A DNA stretch of 64,000 nucleotides from an uncultured Nitrospiraceae bacterium (GCA_963705105.1 CAVPIW010000005.1:448001-512000); one strand, 5' to 3'; positions 18,709 to 31,482 are shown, counted from the stretch's first letter. Notes: generated by a model from the sequence alone, not told the origin. Translations and numbers: made by a program.

Positions 18709-18954
18709 TTAGAGGCCCGATTCGGTCTGGTAGGTGCGGTAGTACGGGGAGTCTTCGCCGTAGAAATGCACGTCATCGCCGTCTTCACCGAGAAGGCCGG
18801 GCAATGCGTATCCGATGAACGCGCCGGTGGCGGTACCGACGAGCGCTCCTCTCCAGGGGTTCCTCTTGTCGCAGAGCATCCCCATGACACCACCCACTCC
18901 TGCAATGCAGAGCGATGTGGTGAGCTTGAGCTTTTCCTTCGGACATTCGTTCAT
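18709..18954 (-). CDS. Small Gly-rich membrane hypothetical protein
   Basis: MNECPKEK...GVGGVMGML...GALVGTATGAFIGYAL. Confidence 0.5.
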   Translation of the reverse strand: MNECPKEKLKLTTSLCIAGVGGVMGMLCDKRNPWRGALVGTATGAFIGYALPGLLGEDGDDVHFYGEDSPYYRTYQTESGL

Positions 18955-19042
18955 AATTTTAATAATATCATATTTCTTTCCCCTCGTGCCCAAAAGGGAT
19001 TTCTGAAAAACCCGCAATGCAGCGGCGTTGCAGGAGATGACA

Positions 19043-19699
19043 TCACCTGCTTCTCCGGACTCCCACCCTCTCGCAGAAGCCCGAGATGGTGCACTGCGAG
19101 CAGAGCGGGGAAAGGGGTTTGCATATATGCTGGCCGAAGGCCACGAGGTTGCCGTTGAGCTCTTTCCAGTAACGGACCGGAACGGTCTCCCTGAGGGCGA
19201 ACTCCGTCTCCTTCGGGCTGCCCGTCTGCACCAGTCCCCAGCGGTTCGTGATCCGGTGGACATGGGTATCGACACAGATGCCCGGCTTACCGTATCCGAG
19301 GGTCACAACAAGGTTCGCCGTCTTCCTGCCGACGCCCCGGAGCGTCAGGAGTTCATCGATGGAATCGGGCACGCGTGATTTGTGACGCTCCACGATCTCG
19401 CGGCTCATTTCCCGGATCCTCTCCGCCTTGACCCGGTAGAATCCCACGGGATAGATCACCTTTTCGATCGTCTCGACGGGCAGCAGAGCCACCGCTTCTG
19501 GAGTGTCAGCGAGGGCGAAGAGCCGGCTGGACGCTTCGGCAGTGGTCTTGTCCTGGGTGCGGAGGCTGAGAATGCAGGAGATGAGCACCTTGAAAGGGTC
19601 GTTGTCCTTCGCCGCCATGGTGTCGAGCCAGGGTATGCCAAGCTTTCTGACCTGGCGCTTCAGGCTGGCCCAGGCGCTCCTGAAATCGGCAGGGGTCAT
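19043..19699 (-). CDS. nth: Endonuclease III
   Basis: HhH LRGVGRKTANLV, VDTHVHRI, C-terminal CxPxxPxCxxCxxxxxC. Confidence 0.9.
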   Translation of the reverse strand: MTPADFRSAWASLKRQVRKLGIPWLDTMAAKDNDPFKVLISCILSLRTQDKTTAEASSRLFALADTPEAVALLPVETIEKVIYPVGFYRVKAERIREMSREIVERHKSRVPDSIDELLTLRGVGRKTANLVVTLGYGKPGICVDTHVHRITNRWGLVQTGSPKETEFALRETVPVRYWKELNGNLVAFGQHICKPLSPLCSQCTISGFCERVGVRRSR

Positions 19700-19887
19700 T
19701 CCTGCAGGGTTATGGCGTCGACGGGACAGTTCTCTTCAGCCGCCTCGCAGCAGCCGACGAATTCACAGGCCTCGGGGTCGATCACTGTCGATTTCCCTGT
19801 CGTCTCGTCGAGGTGAAAGACGGCAGGGCAGATCTCCTCGCAGTTGCCGCAGCTTATGCAGGCTTCTTCGTCAACGATCACGTCCAT
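19696..19887 (-). CDS. Ferredoxin
   Basis: CISCGNCEEICP...CPVDAI. Confidence 0.9.
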   Translation of the reverse strand: MDVIVDEEACISCGNCEEICPAVFHLDETTGKSTVIDPEACEFVGCCEAAEENCPVDAITLQE

Positions 19888-20880
19888 TCATATCTCCTCG
19901 ATGATCATCCCCGCCAGGAGCGGGAACATGATTTCATGGTGTCCCGTGAGGGAGAAGCACCGACCTTTCATCATGGTCGGTCTTTTGAGAACGTTTTCAC
20001 GGGGGCGGTAGTGCTGGATAAAGTCCATATTCACCGTCGTGAGGGTCTCGACGGTGTTGCCGAGGTTCCTGGCGATGGTCAATGCCTTGAGAAAGACCTC
20101 GGGAAGGATGACGGCGGAACCGAGATTGATGTACACGCCTCCCTCGAGGTCGGCGACGACGGAGGTAAAGAGCCGGAAGTCCATCATGCTGCCCTCCCCG
20201 ATGCTCCTTCCGTCGGCATCGGGGTGCATATGGATGATGTCCGATCCGACGGCCACATGGACCGTTGCCGGTATGTCCTTTCGAAAGGCGGCCCTGAAGA
20301 CACTGGCGTCGACGAAGGGAAAGCCCGAGGAGTCGATGTAGGACCCCATGGAACGGCCGATGCCCCGGCCCGCGCGGACACCCTCCGTAATGGCCCTGTT
20401 GATCAACTGACCCGTCTCCCTGGCCATGCCGAAGGTCCCCGCGCAGAGTTCCCGCGCCACGTCTTCGGAGGTCCGGCCGATGAAGGACATCTCGAAATCA
20501 TGGATGATGCAGGCGCCGTTCGTCGCGATCGCCGTAATGACTTCCCGTTCGATGAGATCGATGATAAGGGGAGAGAGGCCGACCTTGACGGGGTGGGCGC
20601 CCATGCCGAGAACGACGGGCCTTCCTTTCCTGCGGGCATCGATAACGGCGCCGACGACCGCTCTCAGATCATCGGCTGCGAGGAATCCCGGCAAGGCCGA
20701 GGCGAACTCCGCGAATGTCGCCCCTTTCCTGTGCGGTTTTCCGGCCTGATCGAGGGAGGCCTTGCTCGGCCGGTCCCTGAGAGAATACGTTTTGATGCCC
20801 GATATGTCGATCTGTCCGTATTTCAAACCGCCCCTGTCTCCCGTCGCACACCGGTCCCCGTTGTCCATCGGCGTACCCAT
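19888..20880 (-). CDS. Deoxyhypusine-synthase-like (GSU2086-type) conserved protein
   Basis: GMGAHPVKVGL, NLGSAVILPEVFLKAL, GHHEIMFPL. Confidence 0.7.
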   Translation of the reverse strand: MGTPMDNGDRCATGDRGGLKYGQIDISGIKTYSLRDRPSKASLDQAGKPHRKGATFAEFASALPGFLAADDLRAVVGAVIDARRKGRPVVLGMGAHPVKVGLSPLIIDLIEREVITAIATNGACIIHDFEMSFIGRTSEDVARELCAGTFGMARETGQLINRAITEGVRAGRGIGRSMGSYIDSSGFPFVDASVFRAAFRKDIPATVHVAVGSDIIHMHPDADGRSIGEGSMMDFRLFTSVVADLEGGVYINLGSAVILPEVFLKALTIARNLGNTVETLTTVNMDFIQHYRPRENVLKRPTMMKGRCFSLTGHHEIMFPLLAGMIIEEI

Positions 20881-21066
20881 CTTCTCGCCGCGCTCCTGCT
20901 GCGTGCAGAAGTCCCGGCGGTTTCAGAAATTGTAGCATAACCGGTAATATTCGCACACGGCCGTCCCACATACGTCCACACTCCTGCCTAAATCACCCCT
21001 GTCCGGGATAGCCTGCAGCAAAACCTCGTTTCAGATCATTATTCGGATATCGATGCTCTGTTCGGG

Positions 21067-21151
21067 TTGACGCCCTCGTAAAAAAACCGGACACAGCGCT
21101 TGTCTGTCATTCCCGCCTTCGCGGGTATGACGACTTTCTCGAATCCATCAA
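21067..21151. repeat. Short MITE/REP-like element with imperfect terminal IRs enclosing a family B palindrome
   Basis: ttgacgccctcgtaaaaa...gtcattcccgccttcgcgggtatgac...actttctcgaatccatcaa. Confidence 0.6.
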
Positions 21152-21248
21152 GGTTGATTTTCTTACTCTTTATATGCTATTTTTTAATTTCCGCAGCGGA
21201 ACCTGGTTTTCCCGCAGCAGATGACTCAGCACAGCAAGGAGGCGTTAC

Positions 21249-21569
21249 TTGGTCACAAAGGCGGCACCCAAAAAGAACCTCTCGACCCTGAAAAGGGCCA
21301 GGCAGGACGACAAGAAAAAAGAGCGCAATCTCTCGGTAAAGACGAAGATCAAGACCTACATCAAGAAGTTCGAATCGTCTTTGGCATCGAAAAATCCCGA
21401 AGAAGCGAACAGCACCATGCAGGCGACGATCAAGGTCATCGGCAACGCCGCTTCAAAAGGCATCATCCACCGGAATACGGCATCGAGGAAGATTTCGAGG
21501 CTCATGAAGAAGGCACACGAGGCCTTCCGGCAGGAGACCGCCCCGCAGGAGCCCGCTTCAGCCGAATAA
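21249..21569 (+). CDS. rpsT: 30S ribosomal protein S20
   Basis: KRARQ...RN.S.K..IKT..KK; KGIIHRNTASRKISRL. Confidence 0.95.
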   Translation: MVTKAAPKKNLSTLKRARQDDKKKERNLSVKTKIKTYIKKFESSLASKNPEEANSTMQATIKVIGNAASKGIIHRNTASRKISRLMKKAHEAFRQETAPQEPASAE

Positions 21570-22428
21570 GCCTGACCAGGAGCTCTTCGAGGGCGCAGGG
21601 ACGGGAGGACTTCAGTGCGATGTCCGCCTCGTGGAGCGCCGAGAAGATCTCCCTGCTGAGGCGGGCATCACCGGCGCCCTTTGCGCCGTAGTGCCAGTTC
21701 AGCGCCCCGAGGAGGGCCATCGGGTCGATGATGCTCCCGATCTGCTCGAAAATTCTGAAAACCTTCCCCGCATCTCCTCGTTCAAGTGCCCTGATGAGGT
21801 CGAAAGCGGAATATTCTATGCCCGCATAGACCGTGTCCTTCAGATCCGCCGCATCTATGGATTCTTTCCCCAGGGCTGAGCATTTCTCCACTTCCGAGGC
21901 GAGCATCCCGAAATCCGTCCCCACACAGCTGACAAGGTAGTCAATGGCACGGTCGCTCAGTGTAATGCCCCGTTTCCGCGCACGCGCCCGCACCCACGAG
22001 GGTATCTCCTTTTCCGGAACAGCAAGGGCAAGGACTTTCACCGTTTTCAGGAAGGCGGCGTCAAGGGTCTTCGGGACCGCTCCCTCGCAAAGCATGACGA
22101 GGAGGGATGCGGGGGAGGGGTTTCCGAGGTATGACCCGAGTCTCTTCACCTCGGCCTTCTTCATTTTCTGGATGTTCCTGACGAGGACGAGGCGGCGTCC
22201 CGTGAGGAAAGGCAGGGTGTTCAGGAGATCTATGATCCCTTCGAAGGACACCGGGGTGTCCGGTGAGGCGAGGTCGAAGGAGTCCGTATTCAGGGCGTCG
22301 GAGGGGCCGAAGGCGTCCCTGATGTGCGTCAGGGCGTCGTAGAGGAGAAAACCGTCGTCCGAGTGGATGAGATAAGCCGGCGACGGGAGCCCCTTTGCGA
22401 TTTCCCCGTAAAACTGCCTGAAACTCAT
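21502..22428 (-). CDS. holA: DNA polymerase III delta subunit
   Basis: YLIHSDDGFLL, LNTLPFLTGRRLVLV; leuS-lptE-holA synteny. Confidence 0.85.
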   Translation of the reverse strand: MSFRQFYGEIAKGLPSPAYLIHSDDGFLLYDALTHIRDAFGPSDALNTDSFDLASPDTPVSFEGIIDLLNTLPFLTGRRLVLVRNIQKMKKAEVKRLGSYLGNPSPASLLVMLCEGAVPKTLDAAFLKTVKVLALAVPEKEIPSWVRARARKRGITLSDRAIDYLVSCVGTDFGMLASEVEKCSALGKESIDAADLKDTVYAGIEYSAFDLIRALERGDAGKVFRIFEQIGSIIDPMALLGALNWHYGAKGAGDARLSREIFSALHEADIALKSSRPCALEELLVRLIRLKRAPAGRSPAGRPRVPSS

Positions 22429-22472
22429 GGGTGTATGACAGGCCCGCTGCGCAATGTCCTGTCATATGATGT

Positions 22473-22508
22473 GACGGGAAGGCAGACATGGTTCAAAGCC
22501 TTCCCGTC
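22473..22508 (+). repeat. Family C hairpin repeat
   Basis: gacgggaaggcagacatggttcaaagccttcccgtc. Confidence 0.8.
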
Positions 22509-22531
22509 CCTGAGTTCGCTTCTCCTGTTAC

Positions 22532-23015
22532 TCATGGCGCCTGGTAGAGGACCCGTCTGAGCAGTTCCTCCGAGAGGTCCTGCAGGGCCCTGTCCGTTGC
22601 AACCTCCTTCTCTGCGATGACGTTCTCCAGCTTTCCTGTTGCACTGAAGTAGGTGACGAAGGGGCTCCCGACGCCGACGAGTTTGGCGGCCTTCCCGTCA
22701 CCGTCCCGGAACTCGAAGTCGGCCTTGATGACGATGGCATACTCCGAGGCCGTCAGGTCCCTCTCGGACAGGACCTGCAGCCTAAAGTCCGTGATGCTGC
22801 CGCTAAGAGTGTACGGTGCTGCGGGCCGGACATCGAATCCGTATTCCATGAAGGTGTCCGTCAGGATACTGTTGAGCCTGTCCTGGAGTTTGGGCTCAAG
22901 GGTCTTATTCTCGACAGGCATGATCGTGATGGCCCTGAAAGGGAGGTCCGCCTTCCCGTGCACCGAATACCCGCAGCCGGACAGAAGTGCGATCAGGAAA
23001 ATCAGAAGGAGCTTG

Positions 23016-23035
<20 letters not shown>
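22532..23035 (-). CDS. lptE: LPS assembly lipoprotein LptE
   Basis: Lipobox LLSGCGY; located between leuS and holA. Confidence 0.85.
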
Positions 23036-25556
<2,521 letters not shown>

Positions 25557-25562
25557 CGCACC

Positions 25563-26285
25563 TCACAGTTTTATGCCGAAATCGGGAAACAGGCCCGACA
25601 GCCTGCCCATGCTGTTTGTCAGGAGCATGATGCCGAAGATGATGAGCACAAGGCCGCTCACGACCATGATGACGCGCATGAACCTGTGAATGGTGCGCGC
25701 GTTGTTCAGGAACACGTTGATCGCCAATGTCGCGAGGACGAAAGGCACGGCGAGGCCGAGGGAATAGACGGACAGGAGCTTGAGACCGTATGTCGCCGAC
25801 CCCTGGGAACCGGCGTAGATGAGGATCGTCCCGAGGATCGGGCCGATGCAGGGTGTCCATCCTGCCGCGAAGCTCATCCCGATCAGGAAGGCGCCTGCAT
25901 ATCCCGCGGGACCCTTATGGATATGGAATCTCCTGTCGCGCATGAGGAAATCGAGCTTCACCGCGCCGGCGACGAAGAGTCCGAATATGATCGTGAGAAT
26001 ACCGCCGCCGATCCGCAGGTAGTCCTGGTAGTCGAGCAGGAAACCGCCCAGGTACGACGACGACGCCCCGAGAGAGATGAAGATCGTCGAGAAGCCCATG
26101 ATAAAGGCGGCCGTGCTCCCCATCGTTTTCGAGAGGCGGGGGGAGGATTTCAGTTCGTCCAGCGACAGGCCGGTGATGAAAGAGACGTAGGCCGGCACAA
26201 GAGGAAGTACGCAGGGGGAGAAAAATGACAAGAGACCGGCCAGGAAAGCGAGGGGGAATGAGACGTCCCCCTTCATCGTGCGCAC
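25563..26285 (-). CDS. ccdA: Cytochrome c biogenesis protein CcdA
   Basis: SFFSPCVLPLVP and WTPCIGPILG. Confidence 0.92.
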   Translation of the reverse strand: MRTMKGDVSFPLAFLAGLLSFFSPCVLPLVPAYVSFITGLSLDELKSSPRLSKTMGSTAAFIMGFSTIFISLGASSSYLGGFLLDYQDYLRIGGGILTIIFGLFVAGAVKLDFLMRDRRFHIHKGPAGYAGAFLIGMSFAAGWTPCIGPILGTILIYAGSQGSATYGLKLLSVYSLGLAVPFVLATLAINVFLNNARTIHRFMRVIMVVSGLVLIIFGIMLLTNSMGRLSGLFPDFGIKL

Positions 26286-26752
26286 TCATCCGGGCTGCCC
26301 TGTATCTTTTCGACGGCGTGGGGAATGACGTCGAGAATGACGCCCAGGTTTTCCCTGACGGCCTTCGGGCTTCCCGGCAGGTTGACGATGAGGGTCCGTC
26401 CCCGGACGCCCGCAACGGCCCGGGAGAGCATTGCCCGCGGCGTCTTCCGGAGGCCTTCCGACCGCATGGCCTCGGCGATGCCCGGCACCTGCCGTTCGAT
26501 GACGTCCAGCGTCGCCTCGGGCGTAACGTCGCGGGGCGCGAGGCCCGTGCCGCCCGTCGTCAGGATGAGGTCGACCTTCCCCGCATAGTCGAGAAGCTTC
26601 TGCCGGATCAGGTCCCGCTCATCGGGAAGAATGTCATAATATGTCACCTCCCCGAGCCCCTTCAGCATCTCGGCGATGGTCCGACCGCTGAGATCCTCGC
26701 GTTCACCCCTCGCCCCCTTGTCGCTCAGCGTGAGAACGGCAACGGTCATCAC
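26273..26752 (-). CDS. mog: Molybdopterin adenylyltransferase MogA/MoaB
   Basis: TTGGTGLAPRDVTPEAT, NLPGSPKAV. Confidence 0.9.
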   Translation of the reverse strand: MMTVAVLTLSDKGARGEREDLSGRTIAEMLKGLGEVTYYDILPDERDLIRQKLLDYAGKVDLILTTGGTGLAPRDVTPEATLDVIERQVPGIAEAMRSEGLRKTPRAMLSRAVAGVRGRTLIVNLPGSPKAVRENLGVILDVIPHAVEKIQGSPDECAR

Positions 26753-27201
26753 GGGGCGTCACCGGTCAGCACGCGCACGTCGTCGCCCACTCTGACTCTG
26801 CCTCCCCTGGCGATGCGGATGAATATGCCTTCCTTCGGCATCACGCAATCACCGGCCTGGTGATAGATGGCGCAGCGGGTATGACATTCCTTGCCGATCT
26901 GGCTGACCTCTCCAAGGACTTCACCGCCGATGGCAACGGCTGTGCCGATCGGAAGGGAAGGCAGGTCCAGTCCTTCCGTCGTTATGTTTTCTGCAAAGTC
27001 CCCGGGTTTGACGTCGAGCCCGAGGGCCTGCATCTTTCGGACGCTTTCGATAGCCAGAAGGCTCACCTGCCGGTGCCACTCCGACGAGGCATGGGCATCG
27101 CCGACGATGCCGAAGTTCGCATCGATGAATGCCTCCCCGACGGGTTTTTTCCGGACGCCTTTCTTTTCGCTGATGTTAATGGAGACGACTTTCCCGTTCA
27201 T
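26749..27201 (-). CDS. MOSC domain protein
   Basis: GDAHA..WHRQVSLL, PGDFAENITT, QIGKECH..C. Confidence 0.9.
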   Translation of the reverse strand: MNGKVVSINISEKKGVRKKPVGEAFIDANFGIVGDAHASSEWHRQVSLLAIESVRKMQALGLDVKPGDFAENITTEGLDLPSLPIGTAVAIGGEVLGEVSQIGKECHTRCAIYHQAGDCVMPKEGIFIRIARGGRVRVGDDVRVLTGDAP

Positions 27202-27246
27202 ATGAAACTTTAAAATACCACAAAGGGAAAGGGTAAGTCAGCAGGA

Positions 27247-27275
27247 TTGACAGGCGCCTGCCGATGGGATAGAGT
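27247..27275 (+). promoter_or_regulatory. Sigma70-type promoter
   Basis: TTGACA-17 nt-TAGAGT upstream of the PQQ dehydrogenase gene. Confidence 0.5.
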
Positions 27276-27317
27276 AAAATATAGACGTTGAACCGGAAAG
27301 AAAACGGGAGGTGTTTC

Positions 27318-28907
27318 ATGGCGTTGAACATTTATAAGACCACAATCCTGTGTTCACTAATGTTGTTCATGCTTTTTGTCCCCATTGTCGTATCGGCGCA
27401 GACCGTCGGTTTCCCTCAGCTCGTGACGGCGCCCTTCGTTTCCGGCCTCGCTCAGCCCGTCCACATCACCCATAGCGGTGACGGATCGGCCAGGCTCTTC
27501 CTGGTCGAGCAGTTGGGGCGCATAAGGATCGTCAGGAACGGGGCCCTGCTGCCCGAGCCTTTCCTCGACATCCGCAACCGTGTGAGCTGCTGCGGCGAGC
27601 GCGGGCTCCTGAGCGTGGCCTTTCCTCCCTCTTTCGCCACCACCGGCCGGTTCTACGTGAACTACACCGACCTGTCCGGCAACACCGTCGTGGCCCGGTA
27701 CAGATTGACTGCCGACCCGGACAGGGCCGACCCTTCCTCGGAAGAGGTGATCCTCAGGGTGACGCAGCCCTTCGCAAACCATAACGGAGGTCAGCTTGCC
27801 TTCGGTCCCGATGGTTTTCTCTATGTCGGCATGGGAGACGGCGGCTCCGGGGGAGACCCTAACAACTTCGCGCAGAATCTCACACCCCTGCCCGGCAACC
27901 AGAGGCTCCTCGGCAAGCTGCTCAGGCTCGACGTGGAGGCCGGCGCCGTCCCTTACGCGATTCCGGTCACCAACCCCCTCATCGGGGGAGCGAGGAGCGA
28001 GATCTGGGCCCTCGGCCTCAGGAATCCCTGGCGGTTTTCCTTTGACAGGCTCACAGGGGACCTCTTTATCGGCGACGTCGGACAGAACGCCTTCGAGGAG
28101 ATCAATTTCCGGCCGTCCGCCTCCGGGGGAGGCGAGAATTACGGATGGCGTCTCATGGAGGGAGCCCACTGCTTCAATCCGCCGGCAGGATGCAACGACG
28201 GCAGCCTTACCCTCCCCGTCTTCGAATACAGCCACGCCGAGGGCTGCTCGGTCACCGGCGGCTTCGTCTATCGGGGCCGGCTGAGGGGACCCGAGGGGAT
28301 TTACCTGCACGGTGATTTCTGCACCGGCCGTATCCGGGGCCTCAAGAACAGCGGCGGCCTATGGCAGGACACCCTTCTCCTTGACACGGCCTTCGGCATT
28401 ACGACATTCGGTGAAGATCAGGATGGCGAGCTGTATGTGAGCGACTGGACGAACGGGACGGTGTCACGCCTGCGCTTCGTCGCACCGCTGCCGTCGGCTC
28501 AGCAGGTCTTCACTCTTCAGCCACGGGCCCTGCCGGTCATGAGCACTGACCCGGCAACGTCAGAGCCGATCGGGTTCGGCTCCTTCATGTCCGGAGGGGC
28601 CACGCTCGGTCTCCGCATCGCCCTGGCGCAGTTCAGCAGCGCCGTCGACGTGTATCTCGGCATCTACGCGCCGTCGGTTGACCCGACTGAAGTCTATCTG
28701 CTGTCCGCGCAGGGGACCTTAAGCCGCGTCTCAGCGGGGCTCGTCCGGTGGAAGAGAAACCTCCTCGATGTCGTCGACGAGATGCCCTTCGGCGAGGTGC
28801 CCCTGTCGATTCTTCCGAAGGGTACCTACACCTTTTACGTCGCCGTCGCGCCGTCTGGCAGGACCGACACCTACGCCATCTGGACAGCGGAGATCTCCAT
28901 TCAGTGA
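27318..28907 (+). CDS. Secreted PQQ-dependent sugar dehydrogenase (GSDH family) with an extra C-terminal domain
   Basis: GERGLLSVAF, NHNGGQLAFGPDG, GLRNPWRFSFD; RBS GGAGG. Confidence 0.9.
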   Translation: MALNIYKTTILCSLMLFMLFVPIVVSAQTVGFPQLVTAPFVSGLAQPVHITHSGDGSARLFLVEQLGRIRIVRNGALLPEPFLDIRNRVSCCGERGLLSVAFPPSFATTGRFYVNYTDLSGNTVVARYRLTADPDRADPSSEEVILRVTQPFANHNGGQLAFGPDGFLYVGMGDGGSGGDPNNFAQNLTPLPGNQRLLGKLLRLDVEAGAVPYAIPVTNPLIGGARSEIWALGLRNPWRFSFDRLTGDLFIGDVGQNAFEEINFRPSASGGGENYGWRLMEGAHCFNPPAGCNDGSLTLPVFEYSHAEGCSVTGGFVYRGRLRGPEGIYLHGDFCTGRIRGLKNSGGLWQDTLLLDTAFGITTFGEDQDGELYVSDWTNGTVSRLRFVAPLPSAQQVFTLQPRALPVMSTDPATSEPIGFGSFMSGGATLGLRIALAQFSSAVDVYLGIYAPSVDPTEVYLLSAQGTLSRVSAGLVRWKRNLLDVVDEMPFGEVPLSILPKGTYTFYVAVAPSGRTDTYAIWTAEISIQ

Positions 28908-29010
28908 TAATGTTACTTCACCCTGTCGCATGAAGAGGCGGGGCGATGACGCCTCGAAACAGCAGACAATAGAAAGCAGGCAGTAAACAGGAACCAGCGA
29001 CAAAGGCATA

Positions 29011-29184
29011 ACGGGAAGGCTGATGTGGTGAAAAGCCTTTCCGCTAAGATACCGTATTCGTCACCGGACCACCCTTTGCCGTGTCTATCGATGCCAGGTG
29101 CTCGTCAGGCAACAGGCGCTGAACACCTTGAGATGTCTCATCATCGCCTTGGAAAGGCTTTGAACCATATCAGCCTTCCCGGAG
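29011..29184. repeat. Inverted doublet of family C hairpins (29011-29043 +, 29136-29184 -), followed by a 6-bp GACAC(C/T) tandem run to ~29230
   Basis: acgggaaggctgatgtggtgaaaagcctttccg and ttggaaaggctttgaaccatatcagccttcccggag. Confidence 0.75.
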
Positions 29185-29267
29185 ACAGCGGTAGTGACAC
29201 CGACACCGACACTGACACTCACACTGTCACTGTTCTTCAGAGCGCTTTGTCCCGCCTTTTCGCGCGG

Positions 29268-30344
29268 TTACTCGTGATCCGCCGTGATGACCCCGCCGCC
29301 GATCACAGCGTCGCCGTCATACAGGACGGCGCTCTGACCGGGTGCGGGCGCCCACTGGGGGAGGTCGAAGCTCACCCTGATGCCCCTGTCATCGACAAGT
29401 GAGATTGTGGCGGGCTCGTCCTTCATAGTCGACCTCACCTTCACTGTCGCCCGGAAGGACCGGTTTGTCCCGCATTCAGGCTCAAAAGGAGGGGTGCCTA
29501 TCCAGTTAAGGTCCGTCACGGCGAAGTCACGCACCATCACCGATTCCCTGGGCCCGACATACACGGCATTCTGCGGCGGGTCTATCCTGACGACGTACAC
29601 GGGTTTTCCCGTTGCGACGAGTCTTTTCCGCTGGCCCAGGGTGTAGCGATGTATCCCCCGGTGCCGGCCGATCTCCTTTCCCGTCCCTAGGTCGATGATA
29701 GGACCCTCCGCATGAGGGGTGACGGCATCGAGGAGCCCGACATAACTCCTCTCTTCGATAAAGCAGATCTCCTGGCTCTCTGGTCTCTGCGCGGCAGGAA
29801 GACCGAGGTCCGCGGCGATGCGGCGCACCTCCTCCTTTTTCCTGTTGCCGAGGGGAAGGACGAGGCATTCCAGCACATAACGACTGAGGACATAGAGGAC
29901 GTAGGACTGGTCCTTTGCCGGATCAATTCCTTTCAGAAGCTGCCCGTCGTGGATCCTCGCGTAATGTCCCGTTGCGATTGCATCGGCGCCGGTGTCGCGG
30001 GCTATTTTGAGGAGATAGGGAAACTTGATGTGGCTGTTGCAGAGGATACAGGGATTCGGTGTCTGTCCCTTCTTGTACGACTCCATGAATGGTTCGATGA
30101 CCAGCTCCATGAAGGCTTCCCTCAGGTCCACGGTGGTGTGTCTGATGCCGAGGACACGGGCGGTGCCTTCGGCATCGCGGACGGAACTGATCGAACAGCA
30201 GGAAGCGTGGGCAAAGGCCTGCCGCAGGCGCGCCTCATAGAGGATGAAGCTCACACCTTCGACATCATACCCCTGCGACTTGAGGAGCCAGGCGGTGACG
30301 GATGAATCGACACCACCGCTCATGCCGACAACGACCCTGCTCAT
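29268..30344 (-). CDS. mnmA: tRNA 2-thiouridylase
   Basis: SGGVDS, TPNPCILCN, KDQSY, ESQEICF, PGQSAVLY. Confidence 0.97.
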   Translation of the reverse strand: MSRVVVGMSGGVDSSVTAWLLKSQGYDVEGVSFILYEARLRQAFAHASCCSISSVRDAEGTARVLGIRHTTVDLREAFMELVIEPFMESYKKGQTPNPCILCNSHIKFPYLLKIARDTGADAIATGHYARIHDGQLLKGIDPAKDQSYVLYVLSRYVLECLVLPLGNRKKEEVRRIAADLGLPAAQRPESQEICFIEERSYVGLLDAVTPHAEGPIIDLGTGKEIGRHRGIHRYTLGQRKRLVATGKPVYVVRIDPPQNAVYVGPRESVMVRDFAVTDLNWIGTPPFEPECGTNRSFRATVKVRSTMKDEPATISLVDDRGIRVSFDLPQWAPAPGQSAVLYDGDAVIGGGVITADHE

Positions 30345-30363
30345 CCTGTCAGACGGCTGTTCC

Positions 30364-31113
30364 TCAGGACCGCGTGACGATCAGGGGAGTCGTCTGGTTC
30401 CGTACCTGGATGGTCGTTCCCCGGCGGAAGAGATCGGGCCAGACCTCTGAAGGCGCCTTGTCGAAGATGGCCCGTTCATCAGCGGCCATGACATACCAGT
30501 CTCCCCGTGCGATCTCCCGTTCGAGCTGCCCGGCGCCCCATCCGGAGTATCCTGCATAGACCCTGAAAGTCACGGGCTTTCCCGCGGCGTCGGCCAGTCG
30601 TTCGAGTTGGGTGATGCTCGAGCTCACATGGACCTGACCGAACACCTTCCGGGCGTCCTCCTGCGGGCCCGCTGATCTGAAAAGGAGGACCATGTTGCTC
30701 ATCGAGACGGGACCCCCGATATGGATGACGTCTTTCTTCTTTCGCAGTCCCTTGATATCGGGGAACACTTCGGCGAGCTTCGTCTCCGTGGGACGGTTGA
30801 TGATAAGGCCCATCGCGCCCCGGCTGTTGTAATCGACAAGCAGAATGACCGCCTCGGCGAATCTGGGGTCCCTGAGTTTCCTGTCAGCGACGAGGAACAT
30901 TCCCTTTGACAGCTCCTGGTCCACCATGGAGCGCCCCTGTGCCGTGGCCGGGGTGGGGTGGTCCGGGGATTGGGGTGATGCATCATCCGCAGCGCCTCCG
31001 GACCATGATGCGGTCAGGAGCACCTGGAGGGAGAGGAGAAGCAGGCCCGCGATGAGAGTCATGGGGAGCGCGGCCCTTCCCATTCCCGTCTTTTTCAGTC
31101 TCTCACGCAGCAC
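30364..31113 (-). CDS. YqgE/AlgH family protein with an N-terminal signal-like extension (start uncertain)
   Basis: GAMGLIINRP, GGPV, GYSGWGAGQLEREI. Confidence 0.85.
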   Translation of the reverse strand: MLRERLKKTGMGRAALPMTLIAGLLLLSLQVLLTASWSGGAADDASPQSPDHPTPATAQGRSMVDQELSKGMFLVADRKLRDPRFAEAVILLVDYNSRGAMGLIINRPTETKLAEVFPDIKGLRKKKDVIHIGGPVSMSNMVLLFRSAGPQEDARKVFGQVHVSSSITQLERLADAAGKPVTFRVYAGYSGWGAGQLEREIARGDWYVMAADERAIFDKAPSEVWPDLFRRGTTIQVRNQTTPLIVTRS

Positions 31114-31193
31114 GATATCGTCCCTTTCCCTCCGATTTGATGGGATTCAGAAAGCCTCCCGACCCGGTCTTTCCGGAGCACCCTGGCCTGTGT

Positions 31194-31307
31194 ACCTTTG
31201 GCGTATAATTCATCTCTCGTTTCGATACAGGAGTCGCCGCATCAAGGTTTTCGGCGCATTCACCCCAACCCCGCCTTTCCGGAAAGCGCATGCAACCATA
31301 AGGTTTA
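31194..31307 (-). repeat. Family A partial copy A3 (left end and part of the loop)
   Basis: Reverse complement reads taaaccttatggttgcatgcgctttccggaaaggcgggg...gcgccgaaaaccttgatgcggcgactcctgtatc. Confidence 0.85.
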
Positions 31308-31343
31308 CTGTCTGTCCGTAAAAACATGAAATTCAGTCCTTTT

Positions 31344-31423
31344 GTCATTCCGGCTTGCCCGGAATCGCTCTTTCAGAAGGATTCCCGACAACCCTCATCG
31401 AGCGTGGGGGTTGCGGGAATGAC
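31344..31423. repeat. Family B REP-like palindrome (GTCATTCC...GGAATGAC)
   Basis: gtcattccggcttgcccggaatc...gattcccga...gcgggaatgac. Confidence 0.8.
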
Positions 31424-31482
31424 ATATGAAGAATACTTTTTAGCCATCCCTATTAATCATACACAATGGGGAACGTTTGCCG

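Noticed and set aside
21502..21569. 68-nt convergent overlap of rpsT and holA
   Set aside because: It involves only non-conserved C-terminal tails, which is common in GC-rich genomes.
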